A stretch of 63,285 nucleotides of DNA, filler included, from Chiloscyllium plagiosum (Eukaryota), in the NCBI RefSeq assembly GCF_004010195.1. It is 4 parts of one record of this genome, joined end to end, with 100 filler letters (N's around TTAATTAATTAA, not from the genome) between each part and the next. Parts side by side here need not be neighbours in the genome. Positions count along the whole stretch, not along the records: positions 52,375 to 63,285 come from NC_057711.1; 3 more parts are not named here. One strand, written 5' to 3'. Shown here piece after piece: positions 62,181-63,285 of the stretch (its first letter is position 1; each line of letters begins with the position of its first letter). The position numbers and the translations under genes are program-made. A model generated the notes under the pieces. The model made no database searches, was not told the DNA's origin, and was given only the letters and a program-made list of their open reading frames with translations.

Positions 62181-63285
62181 GAGGATTCTGGGTAATCCAA
62201 GATGGAGGACAGGAAAAATTTCTGGCTGTAAGAGCTGCTCCTTTTTGTTTAGGTATTTTAGGTGCTGGAGGTGATTTCCTCGAATTCCAGGAGCAGCAAT
62301 TACTGTTTTATATGCTGTTGCATTGTTTTGGAACTTTGGAAAAAAAAAGTCAAAACAACAGCAGTTTTAAAAGGGACAAGAGCAGACAAAGGAAGCACAT
62401 GGTGAGGACAGTGCAGGAGAGAGGGAGAGAGGAAAAAAGAAACCTGCACAGCCATTGCTGTTTGAATTTGTGTATCGCTGGACATCGGAGTGCATCTGGG
62501 AAAATTAACAAACAGTGAAATTCACAATTAATCTTGGAGGAACTGTTGGGCGAAGTTCACAGCACAGAATCAGATAAGTTAATTGTTGTTTTAAGTCTGT
62601 CCAAGAGAAAGGCTGCAGTAGTGAGTACAGTGGATTCTTTCTTGATTATATGTTTTTGGAGATAAGACTGAGATATCATAGCAATTGCGGAAACATGACT
62701 CGGGGATGGGCAGGACTGGCAGCTGAACGTTCCAGGATACAAATGCTACAGGAAGGATAGAAAGGGAGGCAAGAGAGGAGGGGGAGTGGCCCTTTTGATA
62801 AGGGATAGCATTACAGCTGTGCTGAGGGAGGATATTCCCGGAAATACATCTAGGGTGGAACTGAGAAATAAGAAAGGGATGATTACCTTATTGGGATTGT
62901 ATTATAGACCCCCCAATAGTCAGAGGGAAATTGAGAAACCAACTTGTAAGGAGATCTCAGCTATCTGTAAGAATAATAGGGTGGTTATGGTAGGGGATTT
63001 TAACTTTCCAAACATCAACTGGGACTGCCATAGTGTTAAAGGTTTAGATGGAGAGGAATTTCTTAAGTGTGTACACACAATTTTCTGATTCAGCATGTGG
63101 ATGTACCTACTAGAGAAGGTGCAAAACTAGACCTACTCTTGGGAAATAAGGCAGGGCAGGTGACTGAGGTGTCAGTGGGGGAACACTTTGGGGCCAGCGA
63201 CCATAATTCATTTTAACATAGTGATGGAAAAGGATAAACCAGATTTAAAAGTTGAAGTTCTAAATTGGAGAAAAGCCAATTTTGA
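62181..63285 (+). mobile_element. CR1 LINE with 5' UTR fused directly to ORF2 (ORF1 deleted), runs off the window end
   Basis: 62181-62666 matches the 5' UTR copies; from ~62667 it aligns to 11471 onward (YYRPPNSQ, MVGDFNFP). Confidence 0.9.

Overview
Vertebrate genomic DNA, almost certainly from a cartilaginous fish (shark-type HE1 and SacSINE1-like SINEs, CR1 LINEs, Penelope-like elements). It is a draft scaffold with six N gaps. The only host gene I can support is three consecutive minus-strand coding exons (21822-21716, 19773-19669, 17805-17695) of a CARM1/PRMT4-family arginine methyltransferase, probably the divergent CARM1-like paralogue. It carries Lys at the normally invariant SAM-binding Arg. 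The rest is intronic or intergenic and repeat-dense: about 20 CR1 LINE pieces (one near full length with a zinc-finger/esterase ORF1, three with an identical intact 5' end), about 10 HE1 SINEs, and three tandem arrays (33/34, 24/25 and 45 bp). Penelope-like material is unusually rich. It includes GIY-YIG and N-terminal ORF remnants plus many ~200-bp fold-back pLTR insertions with 9-16 bp flanking direct repeats, each carrying a minimal hammerhead-ribozyme core, often decayed at its CpGs. Family names come from my recall of motifs, not database searches; repeat boundaries are approximate.
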